From contig CAYVOI010000001.1 in NCBI GenBank assembly GCA_964453605.1, forward strand, positions 484,095 to 548,094: a stretch of 64,000 nucleotides of DNA. Direction: 5' to 3'. This document shows positions 45,402 to 54,529 of this stretch, piece by piece. The stretch comes from an uncultured Gammaproteobacteria bacterium (lineage in GTDB: Bacteria > Patescibacteriota > Patescibacteriia > Veblenbacterales > UBA10138). A program made the translations under genes and the position numbers. Positions within the stretch are counted from its first letter, which is position 1; every line of letters begins with the position of its first letter. Under the pieces are notes generated by a model. That model was not told the DNA's origin, did no database searches, and saw only the letters and a list, made by a program, of their open reading frames with translations.

Positions 45402-45917
45402 ATGCGCACGCTCCAGGCTCTTGTGGCTACCCTAGCTACCTGGGTAGCCTACCAACTAGCCACCCCGTACCTCAGTACGGCCGTGGTGCTCGTTCCGGCC
45501 GTTGCCTACTACTTCTGGCACCAGCAGCAGACTGCTCGTGCTCTAGCGGTACTCTTCGGCGGCGCCCTGCTGGTTGACCTCAGCCTACCCCAGGTGCACC
45601 CGCTGTACCTGACGGTGAGCTTTCTGGCTGGCCTTAGCTACCTCGGGCTGATTGAAAAACGCTTATCCCTAAGTGGCAGCTTAGGCGCCACCCTAGGCCT
45701 GCTGAGCTGGCTGGTAGCTTGGCGGATCTGGTACCTTAGCTACGTCTTGGCTGCCGCCGCGTTCCAGCACAGTGGTCTGCCTACAGTTACGAGCGTGCTG
45801 AGGCTGACGCTCACGTGGCTCGGTTGTGGTTTGGTAACCTGGAGCGTGCTCGAGCTTGGCGGCAGAGCACGCCAACGCTCACGCCGCCAGGCGCTCACCT
45901 ATGGGGCCCCTACCTAA
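45402..45917 (+). CDS. mreD: Rod shape-determining protein MreD-like
   Basis: 171-aa, 5-TM membrane protein located between mreC and PBP2. Confidence 0.5.
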   Translation: MRTLQALVATLATWVAYQLATPYLSTAVVLVPAVAYYFWHQQQTARALAVLFGGALLVDLSLPQVHPLYLTVSFLAGLSYLGLIEKRLSLSGSLGATLGLLSWLVAWRIWYLSYVLAAAAFQHSGLPTVTSVLRLTLTWLGCGLVTWSVLELGGRARQRSRRQALTYGAPT

Positions 45918-47901
45918 AAACCCCTTCCTCATTAGGGAAGTGGGCGGCGATATTCACGACCGTGAGGTGGTAGGTTTTTCTGAGCGCCGCTTTGAGGGCG
46001 CCAGCCTTAGCGAGCCGGGCTTAGGGACCCTACGGCGCGTGATTAGCCAGACCACCCCCCAGCTCTTAGCCGCGGGCGCCAGCCTGCTCTGCGGGCTACT
46101 CCTCCTTAGGCTCTACTACCTCCAGCTGGCCCAGGGCCCCCACTACCGCGAGCTAGCCGAGGGTAACCGTATACGCCTACAGGTCACCACACCACCACGC
46201 GGGCTCATTGTTGATGAACAGGGCACGGCCGTACTGGCGAGCAACACGCCGTCCTTTGAGCTCGTGACCGTGCCGGCTGACCTACCTACAAGCGAGCCTG
46301 AACGCCAAGACCTGCTCACCGACCTCCTCGCCCAAGTTCCCACCCAGCTCCTAGACCAAGACAACCTGGCCAGCCTGAGCACCCCCTCGTACTTACCACG
46401 CACCTTAGCCTACGACCTACCACACGATGTAGCGCTCAGCCTCATGGTTAAGGCGAGTCACTACAAAGGTGTACAGGTAGTGCTCACCAGCGAGCGTAGC
46501 TACCTCCCCAACCCCGCCTTTGGAAACCTCCTGGGGTACGTCGGGAAAATTTCTCCAGCCGAGTACGCGGCCAGCACGGGGTACAGCCTCACCGATACGG
46601 TCGGTAAAGCAGGTTTGGAGCACGACTACGAAATGGAGCTCAAGGGCACCCCCGGCAAGCGCGAGGTTGAGGTTGACTCACAGGGGCACGAGCGAGCGGT
46701 CTACGCGAGTTCTGACCCAACCCCTGGCGCTAAGCTCCAGCTGACCATTAATGCTGACCTCCAGCGCCTGACCTACGATGCCCTCCGCCAGGCGCTACCA
46801 CCCGGTAGTGCTAACGGCGCCAGTGCCGTCGTACTCAACCCGCAGAGCGGTGCGCTGCTCGCGCTGGTGAACTACCCGGGGTTCGATCCCAACCTCTTTA
46901 CCGTGGCCAGAAACCCCACCACCATAGCGGCGCTGCTCCAAAATAAAGCCGAGCCATTTTTTAGCCGTGCCACCTCCGGGCAGTACCCATCAGGCTCAAC
47001 CATTAAACCGCTGTTCGCCGCCGCCGGGCTAGAGGAGGGCGTCATTACACCGCAGACTACGGTCTTGAGCACCGGCGGCATTAAACTTGGCGACCAGTTC
47101 TTTGCCGACTGGAAAGCTGGCGGTCACGGCCTCGTCAACGTCTACCGCGCGATTGCCGAGTCGGTTAACACCTTTTTCTACCTCCTCGGCGGTGGCACGA
47201 ACGACCACCCCGGGTTAGGTATCAGCCGCCTAGCAGACTACCTGCACCGCTTTATGATCGACCAACCGGTAGACCTCAGTGGCGCTACCACCGCCGACGG
47301 CTTCATACCTACCCCGGCTTGGAAAGCAGCTACCCAGCACGACCGCTGGTACCGCGGCGACACCTACAACGTCTCCATAGGCCAAGGCGGGCTACTAGTG
47401 ACACCGCTCCACCTGGCCTTGGCCTATGCTGCTCTAGTGAATGGTGGTACTATCATGAAGCCCTACCTCGTGCAGAACATCACGCTAGCTTCAGGCGGGA
47501 GAGATACCGTTCGCCCTGAAGCTTTAACCCACATAAACCTCAAGCCAGAGGTCTTCCAAGTTTTGAAAACAGCCATGCGTCAAACGGTCACCTCCGGTAG
47601 TGCGCGCTCCTTGAGCAGCCTGCCGCTTGCTGTCGCCGGTAAAACCGGTACGGCTCAAACTGGCACTCGCACGGCGCCCCATGCCTGGTTCGCGGGCTAC
47701 GCCCCAGCCGACAAACCGGAAATTGTGGTGGTGGTCATGGTAGAGCACGGCGGCGAGGGGAGCACGGTAGCGGTGCCCATTGCTCACCAGATATTCGATT
47801 GGTATGCCCGAGCTAACAACTTCACTAGTGCCCGCCCCGCACCACAGCAGAGCACAGTACCCGACTTGAGCTGCCAACCTAAGTGCAGCGGGAGTAGGTA
47901 G
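45901..47901 (+). CDS. mrdA: Penicillin-binding protein 2 (elongasome transpeptidase)
   Basis: SGSTIKP (SxxK), an SxN region, and AGKTGTAQ (KTG). N-terminal TM plus dimerization domain. The track ORF starts at 45856; the internal Met at 45901 reduces overlap with mreD. Confidence 0.85.
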   Translation: MGPLPKNPFLIREVGGDIHDREVVGFSERRFEGASLSEPGLGTLRRVISQTTPQLLAAGASLLCGLLLLRLYYLQLAQGPHYRELAEGNRIRLQVTTPPRGLIVDEQGTAVLASNTPSFELVTVPADLPTSEPERQDLLTDLLAQVPTQLLDQDNLASLSTPSYLPRTLAYDLPHDVALSLMVKASHYKGVQVVLTSERSYLPNPAFGNLLGYVGKISPAEYAASTGYSLTDTVGKAGLEHDYEMELKGTPGKREVEVDSQGHERAVYASSDPTPGAKLQLTINADLQRLTYDALRQALPPGSANGASAVVLNPQSGALLALVNYPGFDPNLFTVARNPTTIAALLQNKAEPFFSRATSGQYPSGSTIKPLFAAAGLEEGVITPQTTVLSTGGIKLGDQFFADWKAGGHGLVNVYRAIAESVNTFFYLLGGGTNDHPGLGISRLADYLHRFMIDQPVDLSGATTADGFIPTPAWKAATQHDRWYRGDTYNVSIGQGGLLVTPLHLALAYAALVNGGTIMKPYLVQNITLASGGRDTVRPEALTHINLKPEVFQVLKTAMRQTVTSGSARSLSSLPLAVAGKTGTAQTGTRTAPHAWFAGYAPADKPEIVVVVMVEHGGEGSTVAVPIAHQIFDWYARANNFTSARPAPQQSTVPDLSCQPKCSGSR

Positions 47902-48172
47902 GAGAACCAATATGCTATCCCCATCTTCCGCTCTTGGTGCGCGGGCTCGTAACAACCGCTAGTACCTATGGCCCTTTATGGACCTTTTTGTGCTTCTAGA
48001 GCAGGTGGTCTCCCTTACTCACGCTTAGGCGGTTGAGCGAAGTTGCTCTGCTGGGTACGCCGCTCACCGCAGCACCAAGTAGCCAGGCAGGCCCCCACAC
48101 GCTTGACAAGTTTAACCCTTGAGTTTATCTTTAGCCTTACGTTAGGTTCGTAAACAACTAAAAGTACACCCT

Positions 48173-48640
48173 ATGTCACCAGACGGACAAGCCTACCTCA
48201 CCCGGGAAGGCCTTGAGAAGCTGAAGCAAGAGTTGAAAGAGCTCAAGACCGTAAAGCGCAAAGAGATAGCCGCGCGTATTCAAGATGCTAAAGAACTTGG
48301 TGATTTAAGCGAAAACGCCGAGTACGCCGAGGCCAAGGACCAGCAAGCCTTTACCGAAGGCCGCATTGTGGAACTTGAAAACACTATCAAGAACGCCCAG
48401 GTTATCTCCGAGCAGAGCACGGACGGCGTAGTCCACATTGGTTCTACCATCAAGCTCTCAAGCGAGGCGGGTGAGAAACAGTACACCATAGTAGGCTCGA
48501 ACGAAGCTAAGCCTCAAGCCGGGCTTATTTCTAACGAATCACCCTTGGGCCAGGCGTTCATTGGTCACAAGAGCGGTGACACGATAGAAATCAAAGTCCC
48601 CAAAGGCACCGTGAAGTACAAAATTCTGTCCGTAAGTTAA
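48173..48640 (+). CDS. greA: Transcription elongation factor GreA
   Basis: Coiled-coil N-terminus with LSENAEYAEAKD and a C-terminal FKBP-like domain. 155 aa. Confidence 0.9.
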   Translation: MSPDGQAYLTREGLEKLKQELKELKTVKRKEIAARIQDAKELGDLSENAEYAEAKDQQAFTEGRIVELENTIKNAQVISEQSTDGVVHIGSTIKLSSEAGEKQYTIVGSNEAKPQAGLISNESPLGQAFIGHKSGDTIEIKVPKGTVKYKILSVS

Positions 48641-48647
48641 CCTCTTG

Positions 48648-48673
48648 AGCCGGCCCACGTGGCCGGTTTTTGA
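48648..48673 (+). terminator. Rho-independent terminator after greA
   Basis: AGCCGGCCCAC-GTGGCCGGTT followed by TTTTG. Confidence 0.55.
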
Positions 48674-48739
48674 TTGTGCTCAAAGTTGCCCGAGCAAGCT
48701 TTTTTCGCTAATATACTTGTATACTCATTATCCTGCCCT

Positions 48740-50221
48740 ATGTCAGTGAGAGAAGATCAGGAACTCAAAAGCCGCCACGATAAGCTTGCTGCCTGGAAAA
48801 AGTTGGGGCTAGAGCTTTACCCGGCGAAGTTTAAGCGTACACACCAGGCTGCCGAGGTGAACTCTAAAGCCAATGCATCTGCCCCTACCTACGAAGGTGG
48901 TAGCGTAAGGGGTAAAGCAGTTTCAGTTGCGGGCAGACTTATGACCTTGAGGCCCCACGGCAGCCTGTGGTTTGCAACACTTGAGGACGTAAGTGGCACC
49001 GTGCAAGTGGTGGCAGAGGAAGGCGGCAGTGGAAAGCAGGTTTGGGAAGTGCTGCAGCTTTTAGACAGGGGAGACATTGTTGGCGTCACTGGCCCGGTGG
49101 TTAAAACCAAACGCGGGGAAATTTCGGTTTTTGTGACTGAAGTTACGCCGCTCGCTAAATGCTTGCAGCCCTTACCCGAAAAATGGCATGGGCTTAAAGA
49201 TATGGAAGCTAGACTCAGGCAGCGCTACGTTGACCTGTTGATGGACAAAGACGTCCGTGACTTATTCTTGAAGAAGTCAATTTTCTGGCACACAGTGCGG
49301 CAGGAACTTGGCCAGGCAGGTTTTATTGAAGTGGACACACCGGCGCTTGAGGCTGTGGCCGGCGGGGCAGACGCCAATCCGTTTGTAACCCACCACGACG
49401 CGCTGGATCAAGATTTCTATTTGCGCATCTCGCTTGAGCTGCCCTTGAAGCGCTTACTCGTCGGTGGGTTTGAAAAAGTGTACGAGATTGGCAAAGTGTT
49501 CCGCAACGAGGGGATCGATACTGAGCACCTGCAAGACTACGATATGTGCGAGTTCTACTGGGCCTATGCCAACTACGAAGACCTGATGGATTTCACCGAG
49601 AAACTCTACCAGTCGATTGTGAAAGCGGTGACAGGTAGTCTTAAGACGACTTATGACGGCAAAGAGGTCGACTGGTCAGGCAAATGGCCGCGGAAGGATT
49701 ACTTTGCGCTGATTAAAGAAATTTCAAAAGTGGATTTGGCAGGCATGACTGACGTTAAGGAGCTACGGAAGCTCTTGGAGAAGCACAAAGTACGCTACGA
49801 GGAAAGCATGGGTGCGGGCAGACTTATAGACCTGTTCTGGAAAAAGCTGGTGCGGCCGAAAGTGCAGGGGCCGCTATTCCTGATAAACCACCCCGTAGAG
49901 GTAAGTCCGCTTGCCAAGCGCGACCCCAAAAACCCAGAGCGTGTGCAGCGCATGCAGATACTCGTGGCGGGCAGTGAGCTGGGCAATGGCTTTAGCGAGC
50001 TTAACGACCCAGCCGATCAGCGTGCGCGCTTTGAAGAGCAGGCTAAACTCAGGGCAGCAGGGGATAGTGAGGCAATGATGCTCGACGAGGATTTTGTAAC
50101 CGCACTGGAGTACGGCATGCCCCCAGCGGCAGGCTTTGGCTTGAGCGAACGGCTGTTCAGCTTCATTATGGACAAACCAATCCGGGAAACCGTCCTCTTC
50201 CCGCCAATGAGGAGCAAATAA
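48740..50221 (+). CDS. lysS: Lysyl-tRNA synthetase (class II)
   Basis: N-terminal OB anticodon-binding domain and class II motifs 1-3 (FRNEGID..., ...GSELGNGFSELNDP, GMPPAAGFGLSERL). The start at 48740 follows an extended -10 TGTATACT; the track ORF begins at 48674. Confidence 0.9.
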   Translation: MSVREDQELKSRHDKLAAWKKLGLELYPAKFKRTHQAAEVNSKANASAPTYEGGSVRGKAVSVAGRLMTLRPHGSLWFATLEDVSGTVQVVAEEGGSGKQVWEVLQLLDRGDIVGVTGPVVKTKRGEISVFVTEVTPLAKCLQPLPEKWHGLKDMEARLRQRYVDLLMDKDVRDLFLKKSIFWHTVRQELGQAGFIEVDTPALEAVAGGADANPFVTHHDALDQDFYLRISLELPLKRLLVGGFEKVYEIGKVFRNEGIDTEHLQDYDMCEFYWAYANYEDLMDFTEKLYQSIVKAVTGSLKTTYDGKEVDWSGKWPRKDYFALIKEISKVDLAGMTDVKELRKLLEKHKVRYEESMGAGRLIDLFWKKLVRPKVQGPLFLINHPVEVSPLAKRDPKNPERVQRMQILVAGSELGNGFSELNDPADQRARFEEQAKLRAAGDSEAMMLDEDFVTALEYGMPPAAGFGLSERLFSFIMDKPIRETVLFPPMRSK

Positions 50222-50255
50222 TTATATCTTTCTTAGAAGTTTAACTACGAATATA

Positions 50256-50672
50256 ATGGGCCAAACTCCTGCCGTACCCATATCGCATCCCTCGTTATTC
50301 AGGTTAGATAAAACCAAAACGGTATTATTGTTAATGATCCCATTCCTTACCTACATTACATTCTGGAAACTTTACAATAACAACTGCGCTTATTATGGAT
50401 TAAATGGGTGCCACGAAGGAACCTATTTTACAATTGGCTGGTTCGTTTACCCACTAATCCTAATCGTTGCTGATAAGGCTGCAAATTTAGATATTGTCGG
50501 CTTAGCATCACTATTCTTTATACTGCAGTTAATTTACGCCTATATCTTGGCTACTATACTCGCTTATCTACTCCGCGCTCATCATACAGTGCTTACTACA
50601 ATAAATTGGCTGCTTTTAACAATCACGGTACTTATACTTTTGTGGTTGTTTAAGGTGTACTATCTCAGTTAA
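50256..50672 (+). CDS. Small hydrophobic protein (138 aa, about 4 TM) in AT-rich cassette 1
   Basis: ORF fills the AT-rich insert between the lysS end and the repeated lysS-terminus copy. No known motif. Confidence 0.4.
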   Translation: MGQTPAVPISHPSLFRLDKTKTVLLLMIPFLTYITFWKLYNNNCAYYGLNGCHEGTYFTIGWFVYPLILIVADKAANLDIVGLASLFFILQLIYAYILATILAYLLRAHHTVLTTINWLLLTITVLILLWLFKVYYLS

Positions 50673-50676
50673 GCTA

Positions 50677-50780
50677 ATGACCCGCGAGCAGGCTTTGACT
50701 TGAGCGAACGGCTGTTCAGCTTCATAATGGACAAGCCAATTCGGGAAACGGTCCTGTTCCCACCAATGAGAAGCAAATAG
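50677..50780 (+). repeat. 18-nt ATGACCCGCGAGCAGGCT motif fused to a 93-nt diverged copy of the lysS 3' terminus
   Basis: 50688-50780 matches 50129-50221 at about 90%. It differs at 9 positions and stays in frame: 7 changes are synonymous, 1 is Gly to Asp, and the stop changes TAA to TAG. The 18-mer recurs exactly at 51108-51125. Confidence 0.7.
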
Positions 50781-50785
50781 GGACA

Positions 50786-51040
50786 ATGTATGCTTTCCGA
50801 AGAGGAACAACGAAGAAATACGCCAATTTATTTATAAGCTCTTTAAGGGCGAAGAATAATAATTTTATGACCGAGTATATTATACTAGGAGTAGGACTAG
50901 CAATTTTTTTACTAGACGATTATCTAACCTTTTTACCAAAATCGCTTATATATATAATTGCAGCCGCAATCGGGATGGCAATACTGCATCTAGTTATAAA
51001 AGACGCCGTGAAAGAGGCAATAATAGAAACGAGACAGTAG
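50786..51040 (+). CDS. Small hydrophobic protein (84 aa or shorter, 2 TM) in AT-rich cassette 2
   Basis: ORF within the second AT-rich insert. Possible internal start MTEYIILG. Confidence 0.35.
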   Translation: MYAFRRGTTKKYANLFISSLRAKNNNFMTEYIILGVGLAIFLLDDYLTFLPKSLIYIIAAAIGMAILHLVIKDAVKEAIIETRQ

Positions 51041-51107
51041 ACCTTAATAAAAACCTAGTTTGTTTTACCTCTACCATTAACTAGGGCATCCCCATAACAC
51101 AATATAA

Positions 51108-51206
51108 ATGACCCGCGAGCAGGCTCGGACACTCGTACAAGAGAAAGTGAAAGGTGACTTCTTACGGAAGCACCTTTTGGCATCAATTTGTAGCCTATAC
51201 AACTAA
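51108..51206 (+). pseudogene. Truncated, diverged copy of the HD-domain gene 5' end (33 codons)
   Basis: MTREQARTLVQEKVKGDFLRKHLLAS... compared with MTRDKAWELVQSKVQGDFLRKHLLAS... for the intact gene at 51583. It begins with the same 18-mer as 50677. Confidence 0.5.
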
Positions 51207-51268
51207 ATCTTCACTAATTTATTACTTTCCTATTTGCCTAAATTAGAAAGCAGTAGTAATGTGGTGTT

Positions 51269-51529
51269 ATGACTGTGAATGAACGGACACTCAAGGCGCT
51301 CGCGAACAGACGCCGGCTCACTATTGTAAGCACCCTGAAACGCCGAGGTAGAGCGACGGTAGGGGATTTAGCAGCTGTTTTAAAAGTGAGCATGCCTACC
51401 GCCTCAAAGCACCTAAGCATACTGGGTGCTGCTGATGTAGTTGAATACGAGCGCCGGAGCTTGCAAGTATACTATCACTTGGCCAACGATATGCCTATCC
51501 TCGCCCGTTCAATTCTCAAACATCTCTAG
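51269..51529 (+). CDS. ArsR/SmtB-family winged-helix transcriptional regulator
   Basis: LANRRRLTIVSTL...ATVGDLAAVLKVSMPTASKHLSIL is an ArsR HTH. Confidence 0.7.
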   Translation: MTVNERTLKALANRRRLTIVSTLKRRGRATVGDLAAVLKVSMPTASKHLSILGAADVVEYERRSLQVYYHLANDMPILARSILKHL

Positions 51530-51582
51530 TCGTTAAGTGGCCTGGTGACTAGTTTCTAATTTGCCTAAATATGAAAGTGTGT

Positions 51583-52137
51583 ATGACAAGAGATAAGGCC
51601 TGGGAGCTGGTACAGAGTAAGGTGCAGGGTGATTTTTTACGGAAACATTTGTTAGCATCGGAGGCTATTATGCGCGCCTTGGCGCGCAAGTTTGGTGAGG
51701 ACGAGGAACTGTGGGGCCTGGCTGGGCTTACGCACGACATCGATTGGGAACTTACCGAGCCTACGCCTGAAAAACATTCTATAGTTGGCGCCGAGTGGCT
51801 TAAGGAAGCTGGATTCCCGCCCGAAGTGGTGGAGGCTGTGCGTGTGCACAACCACACTCACGGTTTTGAACCCAAAACACTTTTAGAAAAATCTTTGTGG
51901 TGCGCCGAGGAACTCACTGGCTTAATTGTAGCTTGTGCCTTTGTACAGCCCGATAAAAAACTCGCCAGTGTAAAGCCAGAATCAGTTTTGAAAAAGTTTA
52001 AAACCGCCAGCTTTGCCAAAGGCGTAAACCGCGAGATAGTGGGGAAGTGTCAGGAAATGATAGGGCTCTCACTACAAGAGCTAATCGAGATTGAGCTCAA
52101 AGCAATGCAAGATATAGCCCCTACCCTTGGGTTGTAG
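51583..52137 (+). CDS. HD-domain phosphohydrolase
   Basis: H...HD (GLTHDIDW) and downstream His/Asp metal ligands. The track ORF begins at 51571. The Met at 51583 aligns with the pseudogene copy. Confidence 0.65.
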   Translation: MTRDKAWELVQSKVQGDFLRKHLLASEAIMRALARKFGEDEELWGLAGLTHDIDWELTEPTPEKHSIVGAEWLKEAGFPPEVVEAVRVHNHTHGFEPKTLLEKSLWCAEELTGLIVACAFVQPDKKLASVKPESVLKKFKTASFAKGVNREIVGKCQEMIGLSLQELIEIELKAMQDIAPTLGL

Positions 52138-52163
52138 CGCTATTCTAGGCTATACTTAGGCTT

Positions 52164-53402
52164 ATGCTCGATATTAAGTTCATTCGTGAAAACCCGCAGA
52201 TTATTACCAAAGGCACCGCAGCCAAGGGGTATAAGGTTGATGTTAAAGAGCTGCTCGAAATCGACGAATCCCGCCGTAAGCTCCAGGTGATTTTTGATGA
52301 ACTGCGGGCTAAGCAAAAAAACTTAACGGCCGCTGATAGGGAAGAGGCTAAGGGCGTTAAAGTGCAGCTCAAAGAAGCTGAAGAGCGCCTAGGCCACGCT
52401 GAAGCAGAACTAGATAAGCGACTTAGGGAACTGCCCAACCTACCACGCCCTGACGTTAAGGTAGGGAAGAGCGAAGCTGAGAACGAAGTTGTGCGCACGG
52501 TGGGCAAACCGCCCAAGTTTACGTTTAAGCCTAAGGACTACCTGGAACTGGCAAAACTGCATGACCTTATAGACATAGAGCGCGCGGGCAAGGTTTCGGG
52601 TGCGCGGTTTGGCTATTTGAAAAACGAAGCAGCACTTTTGGAATTTGCACTCATTCAGTACGGTTTGAGCGTAGTGCTAAAGCATGGCTTTGTACCGGTG
52701 GTCCCGCCGGTTATGGTGGGGGAGAAGGCTATGGCTGCCATGGGCTACCTGGAGCACGGCGGTCAAGAGGAAACCTACCACCTGAGCCAAGACAAGCTCT
52801 ACCTGGTTGGTACCAGCGAACAATCGGTTGGCCCCATGCACATGGACGAAACCTTCGCGCCTAAGGATTTACCGCGGCGCTACGTGGCATTCTCCTCGTG
52901 CTTTCGGCGCGAGGCAGGCTCGTATGGTAAGGACACCAAAGGTATTTTACGGGTGCACCAGTTCGATAAATTGGAGATGATCGTATACACGACACCCGAG
53001 GAGTCTGACGCGGAACACGAGCGCTTACTGGCGATTGAGGAAGAGCTTATGAAGGGCTTAGGGCTGCCGTACCAAGTTATTAAAATGTGCACAGCAGACC
53101 TTGGTGACCCCGCAGCTCGTAAGTACGACATAGAAACCTGGATTCCGAGTGAGGGTAAGTACCGTGAGACACACTCATGCTCCACTACCACTGACTTCCA
53201 AGCGCGCCGTCTCAATATCCGTTATAAAAAAACTGACGGTAAGCCTCAATTTGTGCACATGCTAAACGGCACCGTGTTCGCCATTGGCCGGACGCTCATC
53301 GCTATTTTAGAAAACTATCAGCAGGCTGACGGCACGATTGAAGTGCCTAAGGTGCTCCAGACATACCTCGGTAAAAAAGTTATTGGCACGGCGAAGCCAT
53401 GA
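52164..53402 (+). CDS. serS: Seryl-tRNA synthetase
   Basis: N-terminal coiled-coil arm and class II motifs ([25 protein letters not shown], ...[11 protein letters not shown]). Confidence 0.9.
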   Translation: MLDIKFIRENPQIITKGTAAKGYKVDVKELLEIDESRRKLQVIFDELRAKQKNLTAADREEAKGVKVQLKEAEERLGHAEAELDKRLRELPNLPRPDVKVGKSEAENEVVRTVGKPPKFTFKPKDYLELAKLHDLIDIERAGKVSGARFGYLKNEAALLEFALIQYGLSVVLKHGFVPVVPPVMVGEKAMAAMGYLEHGGQEETYHLSQDKLYLVGTSEQSVGPMHMDETFAPKDLPRRYVAFSSCFRREAGSYGKDTKGILRVHQFDKLEMIVYTTPEESDAEHERLLAIEEELMKGLGLPYQVIKMCTADLGDPAARKYDIETWIPSEGKYRETHSCSTTTDFQARRLNIRYKKTDGKPQFVHMLNGTVFAIGRTLIAILENYQQADGTIEVPKVLQTYLGKKVIGTAKP

Positions 53403-54529
53403 GGCGGGTAAGGGGCAAGCTCCGCATTGGCGTGCTGTTCGGCGGGCGCTCGGCTGAGCACGAGGTGTCGTTAGTTTCGGCTGCGAGCGTCATGGGCAAC
53501 CTGGATAAAAAAAAGTACCAGGTGGTACCGATTGGCATCACCAAAGACGGACGCTGGATAGCTGGCCCCAGTGCACACAAGCTTTTAACCGGGGGTGGGG
53601 TAATCCCGCCTAGGCTACGGGCATTCCTACCCCCTGAACCCCAAAATAGAGCCCTAGTGGCCCTTAGAAGCCCTAAAATTGGCCTCCAGAGGCTTGATTG
53701 CATATTCCCGGTGCTCCACGGCCCCTACGGTGAAGATGGCACAATCCAGGGGCTATTAGAACTGAGTGACATTCCGTACGTTGGGTGCGGGGTTTTGGGC
53801 TCGGCTTTGGGCATGGATAAAGTAGCCCAAAAAATGGTACTCCAAGCCAACGGGATTCCCACAGCTGACTTCGTCTACACCACAGCCTACACCTACCGCA
53901 AGCAGCCAGCGAAGTTTCTAAAACAGGTGAAGCAAAAGATTGGTTTCCCTTGTTTTGTAAAACCGCCAAACCTCGGCTCATCGGTTGGTATCAGTAAAGT
54001 ACACAATGCGCGTGAACTTGCTCCTGCTATCAAGCTCGCGCTTAAGTACGACCGGAAAGTTATGGTGGAGCGGGGAGTGGGGCACGCTTGGGAGATAGAG
54101 TGCTCAGTTCTAGGTAATGAAAAACCACGTGCTTCTCGGCCAGGACAAATTATTTCTTCTAACGAGTTTTACGATTACGACGCGAAGTATGTAGACGGTA
54201 AGTCGCAAGCCATCATACCAATGCCGCTGCCGACGCGAATTACAAAGCAGGTACGTGAGCTGGCGGTAAAGGCGTTCCAGGCGCTCGACCTCGCCAGCAT
54301 GGCACGGGTCGATTTCTTAGTGCAGCCACGAAGCTGGAAGGTGTACCTTAATGAGGTCAACACCATACCCGGGTTTACCTCTATCAGCATGTACCCGAAG
54401 CTCTGGGCTGCCTCTGGGCTGCCATACCCCAAGCTCTTAGACCAGCTGATACACCTAGCCTTAGAGCGTGCGCGCGAACGAGCTAGACTCGCCACTTCTT
54501 ACAAGCCCAAAACCACATGGTATCGTTAA
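53399..54529 (+). CDS. ddl: D-alanine--D-alanine ligase
   Basis: [34 protein letters not shown] and the ATP-grasp motifs. 4-nt overlap with serS. Confidence 0.9.
   Translation: MRRVRGKLRIGVLFGGRSAEHEVSLVSAASVMGNLDKKKYQVVPIGITKDGRWIAGPSAHKLLTGGGVIPPRLRAFLPPEPQNRALVALRSPKIGLQRLDCIFPVLHGPYGEDGTIQGLLELSDIPYVGCGVLGSALGMDKVAQKMVLQANGIPTADFVYTTAYTYRKQPAKFLKQVKQKIGFPCFVKPPNLGSSVGISKVHNARELAPAIKLALKYDRKVMVERGVGHAWEIECSVLGNEKPRASRPGQIISSNEFYDYDAKYVDGKSQAIIPMPLPTRITKQVRELAVKAFQALDLASMARVDFLVQPRSWKVYLNEVNTIPGFTSISMYPKLWAASGLPYPKLLDQLIHLALERARERARLATSYKPKTTWYR

Noticed and set aside
47524-47955. 143-aa minus-strand ORF in the mrdA-greA spacer
   Set aside because: It is antisense to the 3' end of the PBP2 gene and runs through GC-rich hairpins. 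The translation is Ala/Arg/Gly-rich, typical of high-GC antisense frames.
50677-50780. Possible chimeric mini-ORF fusing the HD-gene start (MTREQA) to the LysS C-terminus
   Set aside because: The 18-mer and the lysS-terminus copy are in different frames. Translation from ATG 50677 stops after 8 codons (MTREQALT*). It is a junction, not a fusion protein.
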